Of a stretch of 64,000 nucleotides of DNA, positions 19,278 through 30,007 are shown in pieces; position 1 is the first letter of the stretch, and every line of letters begins with the position of its first letter. Both the position numbers and the translations under genes were made by a program. A model generated the notes under the pieces. It did not search any database. It was given only the letters and a program-made list of their open reading frames with translations, and had not been told where the DNA came from. This DNA comes from Ignavibacteriota bacterium (GTDB lineage Bacteria > Bacteroidota > Ignavibacteria > UBA10030 > CAVZMI01): contig CAVZMI010000015.1 in assembly GCA_963776275.1 (NCBI GenBank), positions 64,001 to 128,000 on the forward strand, in the 5' to 3' direction.

Positions 19278-21304
19278 ATGATCAGAAAAATCATCCTGGG
19301 TTTTCTCATTATTATAGTAGGCGAATATTCACAAGCCCAAGCAGGTGATCGTACGGGGGATACTCTCGTCGTCTCAATAATGGAACATTCAGGAATAAAG
19401 TCCACATTGCAGGAGTACCATAGCTCTCTCCAGGAAGACTTGGAAAAAACAATACTCATTATCCCGGTATTCCGGAGTATCCGGAAGGCATTCCTTGATT
19501 CCTATCATGCCGATTCTTTGTATCGGGATATGCAAAAATTCATCAAAGGTCATCAAAATGCGCATCAATTAAATCTGATCTATGAATGGTATCAGTCCTC
19601 GCCGGGAAAAAAATTGTCGGGTGGCAGGTTCGAAGCGTGTCATCGGAAGCGTTTGAGCAAAAAAATAAAATTGCCGCTTCATTCTATCTTCAACAAACTA
19701 CAGACGAGCGACTCTCCCTCTTCCGAAAACTTGATGTAGCGACGTTGAGTTCCGAGAATAGAAGGATAGTATATGAGTCGTTTTTTAAGACACTTCTTGT
19801 ACGGATCGATTCTCTACTGACGTTGAAGGAAAAAGAAAAGAAACAGGAATTTGTCAGGTATTTGTACCTGGAACAGCAGAAATTTCAATCGGCAAACAAG
19901 AAATTCATAAGTGCAGATTATATATATACATATCGAACGCTCAGTGATCAGGAAATTCAACAGTTTTTGACATTCTGTATTTCACCTGCAGGACAATGGT
20001 ACTACCGGCTTCTCAGCGAAGCGTTAGGCGCGGCGATCAATGCTGCACTCGACCGGGTATCATTAAATATTAAAAAAGCAGGTCCGGCTATTCAATACGA
20101 TTTGCAGGGTATTCTTAATGAGAAGGTTGGATACCAGGTGGATGATGGAACGGATAGACAGGGCTGGACGGAGCTTCATTTCGCTGCGGCAGACGGAGAT
20201 ACCGATAAAGTCAATGCCCTTCTAAGGTTTGGTGGAGTCGATGTCGATGTACGGAATACAAAAGGACGTACGCCGCTATATGAAGCTGCAAAACTTGGCA
20301 AATACGGTTCTGTTGAGGTGCTTGTGCGAAAAGGAGCAAACGTTAATATTCAGGAAGGGGTATACGGATTTACACCGCTTCACGTTGCTGCAGAAAAAAA
20401 ACGTCTTGGCATCGTCGAATTTCTTCTGACGCATGGCGCCGATGTGAATGCACGAAGTGATTATGGCTGGACATCGCTGTCTCAGGCTGCCTGGCAAGTA
20501 TGGCACAATGATGCGGCCGTGGCAGAATTATTATTGAACCATGGAGCAGATATGGAGATAAAAAATATATCTGGATTCACACCATTAATGACAGCGGTAA
20601 ATGACGGACACACACCTTTTGTAATACTTCTTCTGGAACGCGGGGCAAACGTTAATGCCAGAACAAATGATGGATATACCGCTCTCCATGCTGCTGCTTA
20701 TAAAGGAGTTTACGATATTATAAAAATGCTGCTCGACCATGGAGCAAATGTAAATGCGATGTATGATGGAATGACGCCTCTGTATTATGCCAATAAATAT
20801 GGATATAAAAAAATAGCCGATCTCCTTCGGCAATACGGTGGAAGCGATCCGGAAACTAAATCCAGAGCCCTCACGCATGTTGGTGTTGAGCTATCCAATA
20901 GAGGGGATTATGAGAGTGCATTGATGGAATTTGACCGTGCAATTAAAACCGGTGTTCCGTCCGCCCAGGACTATTATAACCGTGGCTACTGCTATTATAA
21001 ACTGGGGAGAATCAATGAGGCAGCCGAGGATATGAAGAGTGCTATTTATCAGGATCATGATTTTGCCGATGCTTATGATATCATGTGTAAGATCAATATT
21101 CAGAAGCATAATTATGACGATGCGATTGAATGTGCCCGCAAACTTATTCAATTGAATCCCACAAAGGGTGTCGGTTATTATTTACGCGCATATGCAAGAA
21201 ATAGGAAAGGAGATACAGCCGGAGCTATCGAAGACCTTCAACGTGCGTGCGATCTGGGATATACCAATGGCTGTGAAATGTTAAAAAATCTGACAGGCCG
21301 TTAA
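19278..21304 (+). CDS. Exported DUF2059-like + ankyrin repeat + TPR protein; frameshift in the A7 run at ~19610
   Basis: Signal peptide; two WY.SSPG / FC.SPAG motifs; about 7 ankyrin repeats (GxTPLHxAA..GADVN); about 4 TPRs. Confidence 0.8.
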
Positions 21305-21403
21305 TTTCAGCAAGTGAGAGTGCAGTGGGAACTTATATGCGCTTTTTTGCCTTATTATAGGGGAAAGTGGTATTATTATGAAGACTTTTTGGAAAATACA
21401 TTT

Positions 21404-21604
21404 ATGGTAAAACAAGAAATTATAATAAATGGAATGTCATGCGGTCATTGTATCATGGCTGTAAAAGGTGAATTGCGGAAAATGAACGGTGTAACCCTGT
21501 TCGATGTTCAGATCGGTAAAGCGGTAGTCGGTTATGATGAAACAACAATATCGAGAAATCAAATAGACGATGCGATCCGAGCAGCAGGATATCAACCGGT
21601 TTGA
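21404..21604 (+). CDS. copZ: Copper chaperone (HMA domain)
   Basis: GMSCGHC, 66 aa, directly upstream of copA. Confidence 0.88.
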   Translation: MVKQEIIINGMSCGHCIMAVKGELRKMNGVTLFDVQIGKAVVGYDETTISRNQIDDAIRAAGYQPV

Positions 21605-21609
21605 TTTCT

Positions 21610-24064
21610 ATGCCTACATTGTCATCCATATCCCGGGTGGATATTCCGATACAGGGAATGACCTGCGCAAGCTGTGTTCAGCGTATCCAAACCGGTCTAT
21701 TAAAAATTGAAGGCGTTTCTCAGGCAAGCGTCAATCTCGCTACCGAAAGAGCCTCTATTATATTTGATCCGGCCAGAGTTTCGGCTGATGATTTCGTTGC
21801 TGCAATCCGCGATCTAGGCTATGAGGTTATCGTACAAAAAACCCTACTTCCTATCCGGGGTATGACCTGCGCAAGCTGTGTCACGAAAGTCGAAAAATCT
21901 CTCCGTTCGGTTCAGGGTGTCCTTGATGCGACAGTCAACCTTGCGACGGAGACAACCACTGTCATATTCATTCCCTCACAGACTTCACTGGCACAACTCC
22001 AGCAGGCAGTTGATGATGCCGGTTATACACTTGTGGTCGATGACGCCGCTAAAGAGCCTGAAGATTGCGAACGATCTCTTCGTAAAGTTGCATATAAAAA
22101 ACTGCGCCGCGAATTTGTTATTGCACTTCTGCTGTCGATTCCCATAGTGTGTATCAGTATGTTCGGTATGAACGAGTGGGTGCCGGGTGTTTCAGCGTTT
22201 GTCATATCTCTGGTCCCTCATAATATTATGAATCCTGTACTGTTTCTTCTCACGGCGCCGGTATTACTCTGGAGCGGACGGCGGTTTTTTATTGGTTTTT
22301 ATAAAACTCTGAAGCACTTTACTGCCGATATGAATACTCTTGTTGCAGTTGGGACATCGACAGCGTTTATTTACAGTACAATAGCAACATTCTGGCCTCG
22401 GCTGCTGGGCATGGCAGGACAAAATGCCGATGTATATTTCGACACTACAGCCGTTATTATCACGCTCGTTCTGCTCGGTAGACTTCTCGAAGCACGTGCA
22501 AAAAGCAGGAACGTCAGAGGCAATAAGAACGTTAATGGGACTTCGTGCCAAGACAGCACGGGTTCTCCGGGGCGGAAGTATTTTTGATATCCCGGTCGAG
22601 AATGTTAATATCGAGGACATTGTCATAGTCCGCCCGGGAGAAAAAATTCCCGTTGATGGAGAGATTATCGAAGGTTATTCCTCAGTTGATGAATCGATGA
22701 TTACCGGCGAGAGTCTACCTGTTGAAAAAACAGTCGGCTCGACTGTCATTGGTGCCACGATCAATAAAACGGGGAGCTTTAAATTCAAAGCGATGAAAAT
22801 CGGCAAGGATACAATGCTCGCCCATATTGTGAAGCTGGTTGAGGAAGCCCAGGGATCGAAAGCTCCTATCCAGAGACTTGCCGACAAAATTGCCGCGGTA
22901 TTTGTTCCCACAGTGATAGGAATTGCAGTCCTCGCATTCATCGGCTGGTTCTTTTTCGGTCCGCCGCCATCGATCACAACGGCACTGATCAATTTTGTTG
23001 CGGTATTGATTATTGCATGTCCATGTGCTCTCGGACTTGCCACACCGACGGCAATCATAGTCGGGACCGGGAATGGTGCCGAGCATGGTGTATTGATCAA
23101 AGGTGGTGAGAGCCTTGAAATTGCATACAAGGTAACGACTGTCGTATTGGATAAAACAGGTACAATCACAAAAGGTACGCCCGAGGTAACCGATTGTATT
23201 GCATTTGATAATTTTACATCGAATGATCTTCTCCGGCTGGCAGCGTCGGTAGAACAGCGTTCTGAACATCCGCTTGGTGAATCGATTGTCAACCATGCAC
23301 ATAATAATAAAATTGCGCTTCTGGAACCGGAATCGTTCTTCTCCATTACAGGCCAGGGCGTTACAGCCGTCGTTGCCGGTAAAAGCGTTGCTGTTGGAAA
23401 TCCGACATTCATGAATAATTGGTCTATAAAAATCGATCATCACAATATTCTCGAACGCCTTTCAAGCGAAGGAAAAACTGTGCTCTGTGTTGCTGTGGAC
23501 GGACATCTTGCCGGGATTATTGCTGTTGCCGATAAAATCAAACCTACATCGCTGGATGCAATAATGAGATTAAAAGAGCTCGGGCTTACAGTCATTATGC
23601 TCACCGGCGACAATAAACGTACTGCAAATGCTATAGCGGATCAGGTTGGCGTCGATGGTGTTCTTGCCGAAGTCTTGCCGGATGCCAAGGCAGAACAAAT
23701 TAAAACACTTCAGTCTCATGGAAAAATTGTTGCGATGGTTGGCGATGGAATCAACGATGCACCGGCACTCGCCCAGGCCGATATCGGTATCGCTGTCGGA
23801 ACAGGAACAGATGTTGCAATGGAGGCTTCAGATGTAACAATTTTGAAAGGCGATCTTCAGGGAGTCGTAGCAGCGATAAGACTATCTAAGCAGACAATGT
23901 CCATAATCAAGCAGAATCTGTTCTGGGCATTTATCTATAACGTTATCGGCCTGCCGCTTGCAGCGCTCGGCATGCTCAATCCTATGGTTGCGGCAGCCGC
24001 AATGGCATTCAGCTCCGTGAGTGTTGTATCTAACTCGCTGCGATTACGATACTTCAAAGCCTGA
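21610..24064 (+). CDS. copA: Cu(I)-translocating P1B-type ATPase; frameshift in the A run at ~22503
   Basis: Two GMTCASC HMA domains, [29 protein letters not shown]. Confidence 0.92.
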
Positions 24065-24195
24065 ACTCTGTCGCCTCTGTTGATTCGTTACGTCCTCTAC
24101 GGTTATTCTCCATGCCGCTGAATTTGCTTATTGAAGGGCCCATGGGTATATTCAATCGAATATTTTCTCGAGTGACAATTATTCTGGAGAGAACA

Positions 24196-24834
24196 ATGAA
24201 CCGACGCTCATGTTTTTTTATTTTTTTCCTTATCCCATTTTTAGCATTTGGTCAGGAAGAAAGCACTATCCCTCTGCCTAAACCCCAGACAGACGGCGGG
24301 AAACCGCTTATGAGAGTCTTAAAAGAGAGAAAATCGATACGTGAATTCTCGACTGAAAAACTTCCACTCCAAATTCTCTCAAATCTACTCTGGGCAGGTT
24401 TTGGAATCAATCGGCCTGATGATCAGAAACGCACAGCTCCATCGGCCCGGAACTGGCAGGAGATCAATATCTATGTCACAACAGCAGACGGTTTTTTTCT
24501 TTTTGATGCAAAAGCACACGCTCTGAAGAAATTATCTAAAAAAGATATTCGGGGATCCACCGGAAGTCAGCCTTTTGTGGCTACCGCTCCGGTAAATCTT
24601 GTCTATGTGGCAGATCTTTCGAAACTCGAAGGAGCATCGGACGCAGATAAAAATTTCTATTCTGCAATTGATGCCGGATTTATTGCAGAAAATGTATATC
24701 TATTTTGTGCTTCTGAGGGACTCGGAGTTGTGGTTAGAGGAATGGTACCCAGAGATGAACTGGCGAAGGAAATGAAGTTACGTCCGGACCAAAAAATCAT
24801 CGTCGCTCAAACAGTTGGGTATCCCAAAAAATAA
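24196..24834 (+). CDS. Nitroreductase-fold (SagB/ThcOx-like) protein with signal peptide
   Basis: RKSIREF, RTAPSARN, DAGFIAENVYL. Confidence 0.85.
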   Translation: MNRRSCFFIFFLIPFLAFGQEESTIPLPKPQTDGGKPLMRVLKERKSIREFSTEKLPLQILSNLLWAGFGINRPDDQKRTAPSARNWQEINIYVTTADGFFLFDAKAHALKKLSKKDIRGSTGSQPFVATAPVNLVYVADLSKLEGASDADKNFYSAIDAGFIAENVYLFCASEGLGVVVRGMVPRDELAKEMKLRPDQKIIVAQTVGYPKK

Positions 24835-24841
24835 TACAATA

Positions 24842-24870
24842 GTGCGGCGCACAATACCTGTACGCCGCAC
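24842..24870. terminator. Hairpin after the nitroreductase gene
   Basis: GTGCGGCG..CGCCGCAC stem; no clear U tract. Confidence 0.4.
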
Positions 24871-25141
24871 ACAGGCCTTTTGGGGCTGAAATGAAGAAGA
24901 GCCGCTTACTTCTAACGGTGATAGCCTCCCGAGTTTTCACCGCAGAGAAAGATCGTACCCTTTCGTTATATTGTCAGGGGAATGGAACAACCGGTTACAA
25001 ATTTCTTGCACTCGGCAAAAAAATATTCTAATTATAAGATGTCCCTGGGAATAAAAGCGTAAAGTCTTTTTAGAAAATGAATTTTAAGATGATTGTTTAA
25101 ACTCTGATAGACGCCTTCGACATACGGAATTGGATGTGAAT

Positions 25142-26050
25142 TTATGGTTTGATATGCTGATTAAGAAAATCGAATATCGTAGCCTCATACTCCTTTCCAG
25201 CCACCTCCCAGACATCTACATGACGCGCTTCATCGATTAAATAGATTTTTTTTGGCTCATGGGCACGGGAATAGAGGAGTTTCGAGTATTCGTATTTCAC
25301 GTATGGGTCCATTTTACCGTGGATAAACAAGACGGGAACGGAGATTTTTTCAACGGCAATAAGTGGTGAGACTTCGCGATGCTTGAAATGTGCAATTCTC
25401 TCAGCACGATGCATCACGAGGTTTCGGACAAAATGCCAGGGCAGTTTTACGATTCGCGTTTGATAGTCGACTGAAATTGTGCGGAGGTCTGTAAAGCAAC
25501 CTTCTGCAATTACCATATGAATACGCTGCTCAATGGCAGCTGTTTGTATTGCAATGGCAGCACCCATAGATGTGCCAAATAGAATAAGCGGACCGGTTCC
25601 ACCTTCCTGTTGTTCAAGAAGGTTGATAAGTTGACAAATATCATGTTTTTCATGATAGCCATATGTGCAAAATTCTCCGCCGCTGAGACCGTGTGCCCGT
25701 AAATCGAGCAATACTGTATCATATCCGTTCCGGCAAAAAACCTTTGCGAGAGGTAACCCCGATTCTTTACAATCACCGACACCATGAAGATAGATGATTG
25801 TTCCCCTGCGTTCTGTCAGTGCTTTTAGAAGCCAGCCGGCAAGTGTAATGCCATCTTGTGTTGTAATGCTTAATTTTGCAAAAGGAATGGGGATTTGATC
25901 TGGTGAAACAAGACCTGTTCTTGGCTGATAAAATTGTGCGGTGCGCCGGCGGGGCCGGAGAAGTATAATGGGCCCGATCATCGACAGGATAATCACTGTT
26001 GCGATGAGAAAAAGAAGAACAATGACAAATAGAATAATAAGTATATCCAT
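25142..26050 (-). CDS. Membrane-anchored alpha/beta hydrolase
   Basis: N-terminal TM, HG, GTSMG nucleophile elbow, HGKMD, H. Confidence 0.88.
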   Translation of the reverse strand: MDILIILFVIVLLFLIATVIILSMIGPIILLRPRRRTAQFYQPRTGLVSPDQIPIPFAKLSITTQDGITLAGWLLKALTERRGTIIYLHGVGDCKESGLPLAKVFCRNGYDTVLLDLRAHGLSGGEFCTYGYHEKHDICQLINLLEQQEGGTGPLILFGTSMGAAIAIQTAAIEQRIHMVIAEGCFTDLRTISVDYQTRIVKLPWHFVRNLVMHRAERIAHFKHREVSPLIAVEKISVPVLFIHGKMDPYVKYEYSKLLYSRAHEPKKIYLIDEARHVDVWEVAGKEYEATIFDFLNQHIKP

Positions 26051-26152
26051 ACTGTAACATAAAGAATTTACCTCATCGGGGCAAGTTTTTTTCTTTCGTT
26101 GACTTTCCTGCGAAATCTCTTAGATTATACCAACAAACGGAAATCAATTCCC

Positions 26153-26977
26153 ATGACCTTCATAGCAAAACTCAAGAATATCTTTGCAGCTAATAATTCT
26201 CTTCTCTGTGTCGGACTCGATACAGATGCGGCAAAACTTCCACAATCTGTCCTTCGGGCGGCCAACCCCGTCCTAGAATTTAATCGCCGTATCATAGAGG
26301 CCACAAAAGACCTCGTCTGTGCATATAAAATCAATCTTGCGTTTTATGAGTCGCTCGGTGAGCTGGGATGGAAAACCATACATGAAACACTCGGCGTGAT
26401 TCCCGGTGAAATCATTACTATAGGAGATGCAAAACGGGGCGACATCGGTAATTCAGCCGAGCGATATGCGCATGTAATGATGGACGACTTCAAGTTTGAT
26501 GCGACTACTGTCAATGCCTATATGGGAAAAGATTGTGTGGATCCATTTATAGCCTGTGACGATCATGGAGCATTTATCCTTGCTCTCACATCGAATTCCG
26601 GTTCAAAAGACTTTCAGTATCTCAAAGCAGGAACAAAGCCCATATATATGCATATTGCCGCAAAGGCAAAGAAATGGAATGTGAAAGGGAACATCGGACT
26701 CGTTGTCGGGGCCACTCATCCCACCGATCTCAGGCGCATTCGTCGTACGGTTCCCGAGATGCCGCTGCTGATTCCCGGTGTCGGGATACAAGGAGGCGAT
26801 CTGCGTACGGTCATCAGGTACGGCTGCGATAAACAAGGAAGCATGGCCATCATCAATGCAAGCCGTTCGATTATTTATGCATCCATAAGAGATGATTTCC
26901 CGGAAGCAGCGCGTAACGAGGCACTCAATATGCGAGATAAAATCAATAGCTATCGCGAAGAGTTCTTCTTAAAATAA
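26153..26977 (+). CDS. pyrF: Orotidine-5'-phosphate decarboxylase
   Basis: LCVGLD, DAKRGDIGNS, LTSN, LIPGVGIQGG. Confidence 0.93.
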   Translation: MTFIAKLKNIFAANNSLLCVGLDTDAAKLPQSVLRAANPVLEFNRRIIEATKDLVCAYKINLAFYESLGELGWKTIHETLGVIPGEIITIGDAKRGDIGNSAERYAHVMMDDFKFDATTVNAYMGKDCVDPFIACDDHGAFILALTSNSGSKDFQYLKAGTKPIYMHIAAKAKKWNVKGNIGLVVGATHPTDLRRIRRTVPEMPLLIPGVGIQGGDLRTVIRYGCDKQGSMAIINASRSIIYASIRDDFPEAARNEALNMRDKINSYREEFFLK

Positions 26978-27206
26978 AAAACCCCATCCTCTAAGGTGTA
27001 AAAGATTTTTTTACGCTTCTGCTGGAACATTATATCACCGCTCTTTGCCCACGTGCCCCTCACATATGAATTAAATCCAAATTTGGTATTGGAAACACAT
27101 TGGCTAGGAGAAGGTTTTTTGAAAGCTAATTTCCGGGGATCGACCGAGAATTGTCCGAATAAGCTGGTGAGTAGGACGCTTCCGTTACGGAACGTGCAAG
27201 AAGTAC

Positions 27207-27629
27207 TTAATTGATATTATGATCGTTGAAAAAAGATATGTAAAGCTTATCTGTTTCGAGGATATGATTTTTAAACCACCTTCTAAAAAATGCAACCCTC
27301 TCTGATGCAAAAGAAATATTTCCCTCCAGATGATCCCGGCGATAAAGTAATATTTTACGCATAAATGTATCATGCATGATCTTATGGGCAGAGAAAGCCG
27401 GGTAGTCGATACTACTCATAAGGTTTTCTTCGCATGTGAAATGGTTTTTTATCTGAGTGATGAAATCTTCAAGAATTGGGCTGATAACAATTTGCTCTTT
27501 TTTATTATCGATGGCATCGAAGAGCTTATCAATTACTACAAGAATATGGTAATGTTGCTCGTCGAAAGATCTGATCCCGACATGATAGCGCGTGTCCAAA
27601 TTGAGATACTGTGTACCTGCGTCTCTCAT
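27207..27629 (-). CDS. Single-domain bacteriohemerythrin
   Basis: DEQH, HFTCEE, HKIMH, HILETD iron ligands. Confidence 0.88.
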   Translation of the reverse strand: MRDAGTQYLNLDTRYHVGIRSFDEQHYHILVVIDKLFDAIDNKKEQIVISPILEDFITQIKNHFTCEENLMSSIDYPAFSAHKIMHDTFMRKILLYRRDHLEGNISFASERVAFFRRWFKNHILETDKLYISFFNDHNIN

Positions 27630-28057
27630 AAACGTTTCCGATGTTATATGGGTGTCAATGAATTATTCATTTGTGGCATTTAATTTTTATTCGATCTTCT
27701 CTTGCTTCATAATAGAGAATGGGTAAATACTCATCTTATAGAATTATCGGAAAATATTGTGTGTAACTTGAATCACAAGGAAGGCAATTTGTAAGAAGTG
27801 CCGTAAAAATACCCATTTTAACGGTATTTTAGAAATAGTTTCTATGAAGAATGTAGTGAAAAATCGAGAATCTCATATTTCAGAAAAGATTTCATTGTAA
27901 TATAAAAACCGCTAAAATATCCGTTTCAGCGTTATTGTCAATGTTCCGGGAATATAAAAGGTTTGAAGTTCCAGAAGAAAATGAATCCTTTGTCAATATT
28001 TTGCATCCAAATATTAAATCAAAATAAGCACAGCATAATTATACAAGGAGAAAAAAC

Positions 28058-28264
28058 ATGAAAAATATGGGTACAACAGACCGGATTATCCGTATATACG
28101 CGGCACTCTTTATCGGTGCGCTTTATATTACAGGCGTTTTTTCGGGAACAACTGCATTGATTCTTGGGATAATCGCTATAGTGTTCGTCATGACAGGTCT
28201 TGTTTCATTTTGCCCGCTTTATGTTCCGTGTAAAATCAATACGATAAAGAAAGGAAAGAGCTAA
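28058..28264 (+). CDS. DUF2892/YgaP-like small membrane protein
   Basis: MKNMGTTDRIIR..FCPLY; AAGGAG RBS. Confidence 0.88.
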   Translation: MKNMGTTDRIIRIYAALFIGALYITGVFSGTTALILGIIAIVFVMTGLVSFCPLYVPCKINTIKKGKS

Positions 28265-28365
28265 TTTTTTTCTATTGCAATTTCCATTTTCTTGAAGTAT
28301 ACTTGTGTGGCATGTGATGTACAAAAATTTCGGTTTTATAAACGTTTAGTGCAATCGGGGATTAC

Positions 28366-28995
28366 TTGTCATATACACACAATCCAAATAAACGGGGAAG
28401 AATTCGTACCGTCCTTTTCGATCTGGGGAATGTTCTGGTACGAATCCAACCCGAAATGATGGCAAAATCGCTTGGTGGAGAAGGGTTAGGAGAAATCACA
28501 CGGTACGAAAAAAGTGTCCGTGATTATATCAACAGGTATGAGCGTGGGGAACTTCTTACCGATCAGGTTTTAGGACTTCTGTACGATCTATTCCGTAAAA
28601 AATATTCACACGAGACGATCCGGGCAGCCTTTCTCTCGATCATCGGACGGCCGATTGAAGGAATGGATGAGCTGATTCGACGCGTGGCACAATCGGCGCA
28701 CGTGGCGCTTGCAAGTAATACGAACGATCTGCACTATGAGTATTGCCGTAGAGCTGTTCCCGCTCTCCGGTTTCTTCCACATCATTACCTCTCTTTTCAG
28801 ATCGGTGCTGTAAAGCCCGAGCCCGAATTCTATCAATATATTATCAATGACCTTGAAAGCGACCCGGCGCAGATGCTATTTGTCGATGATACCGACGTAA
28901 ATCTTGCCGGTGCAGGGAAAATAGGATTTCGTCTGTACAGATTTTCTACCGTTGAAGGACTTCGAGCGGAATTGAAAACTATTGGATTGGTATAA
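28366..28995 (+). CDS. HAD-family phosphatase (YihX-like)
   Basis: FDLGNVL, SNT, KP, FVDD. Confidence 0.88.
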   Translation: MSYTHNPNKRGRIRTVLFDLGNVLVRIQPEMMAKSLGGEGLGEITRYEKSVRDYINRYERGELLTDQVLGLLYDLFRKKYSHETIRAAFLSIIGRPIEGMDELIRRVAQSAHVALASNTNDLHYEYCRRAVPALRFLPHHYLSFQIGAVKPEPEFYQYIINDLESDPAQMLFVDDTDVNLAGAGKIGFRLYRFSTVEGLRAELKTIGLV

Positions 28996-29001
28996 GTGTC
29001 T

Positions 29002-29891
29002 TTATTCCTGATTGCAGTGCAGTACCTGAACTCCCACCCAGAATTCCCCCGCAGCAAGCGTTATTGCGGGTTCGTAATGCGTAGCCTCGACACAGACCAT
29101 GGATAAATATTCATTGTCTCCCAGATCATTAATCAGCTGAGCCCCTTCATCCCATGGATTCCAAACAACAGCATCTTTAAATCCTACTTTTTTTATGGTG
29201 ATGCGGCGCTTATTCTTTAAATCGTGGAGCATTAGAACGCGGGGGGTGTTCAGATAAATACGATCGATCATTTCAAAAATACGAAGCTGGCGGTCAGCAT
29301 CAATATCCCGACGAGATTTATGAATAGTATCAATATATTCACAGCCATACAATCCTTCAACACAGCACTCACGCACATCTTCGACGGCAAAATATGTATG
29401 CAGCGCTGATGTAAAAGAGAATGGTGTTTCTGCTTCGTTCAGTACCCGGAGACTTGTCGTCAGCGATTCACCAAGTGAGATGGTGAATTCAACGACAAAT
29501 TGATGCGGCCATATGGCAAAAATTTCCGGAATACTCCCCAGGCGGAGTTTTATAAAAACCTCGTTCCGGTCAGAAATTCCACTTTCCACAACATCCCAAA
29601 AATGAATACGTGCAAATCCGTGTTTAACCAGTCGTCCGGACCGAATTGAGGGAAAATAAGGGGGATTCCGCCACGTATCGGGATATCTTTTTCTATAATC
29701 ACTTCCCTGCTCACGAAGAGTCGTTCGCCACTTTCGGGTGTCTTCCAGGATGTAATATGAGCCCCATAGAGAAACAGCTCCGTACTCGTACCGGAATCGT
29801 GTACGAGCATTGCCCGTGTAAAACCGGCAGGATCATCCCGAAATTGAAGATGATTGTCAATAGAGAACTTATTAGCAAGCATACTATGCAC
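29002..29891 (-). CDS. D-hexose-6-phosphate mutarotase (aldose epimerase family); frameshift near 29638
   Basis: IRGGIPLIFPQFG / KHGFAR, ALHTYF, VVWNPW, MVCVE across two frames. Confidence 0.88.
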
Positions 29892-30007
29892 GGCAGCAAT
29901 CGTCCGTTATTCCGACTTACTATGAAAAGTGTTCGATGCTCTTAAGATATCATTATTTTATAAGAACTTTAATAAAAGCCTTTTTATTGCCTATCATACT
30001 GTGTACT

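Noticed and set aside
20140-20830. Repeated DNA motifs resembling an array
   Set aside because: Coding ankyrin repeats, not CRISPR; no constant repeat with unique spacers anywhere in the window
19600-22510. Programmed ribosomal frameshifting at A runs in the ankyrin gene and copA
   Set aside because: Breaks go in both directions and hit unrelated genes across the window; sequencing error is simpler
24196-24834. RiPP (azole) biosynthesis implied by a SagB/ThcOx-like gene
   Set aside because: No YcaO, precursor peptide or transporter nearby; the protein has a signal peptide
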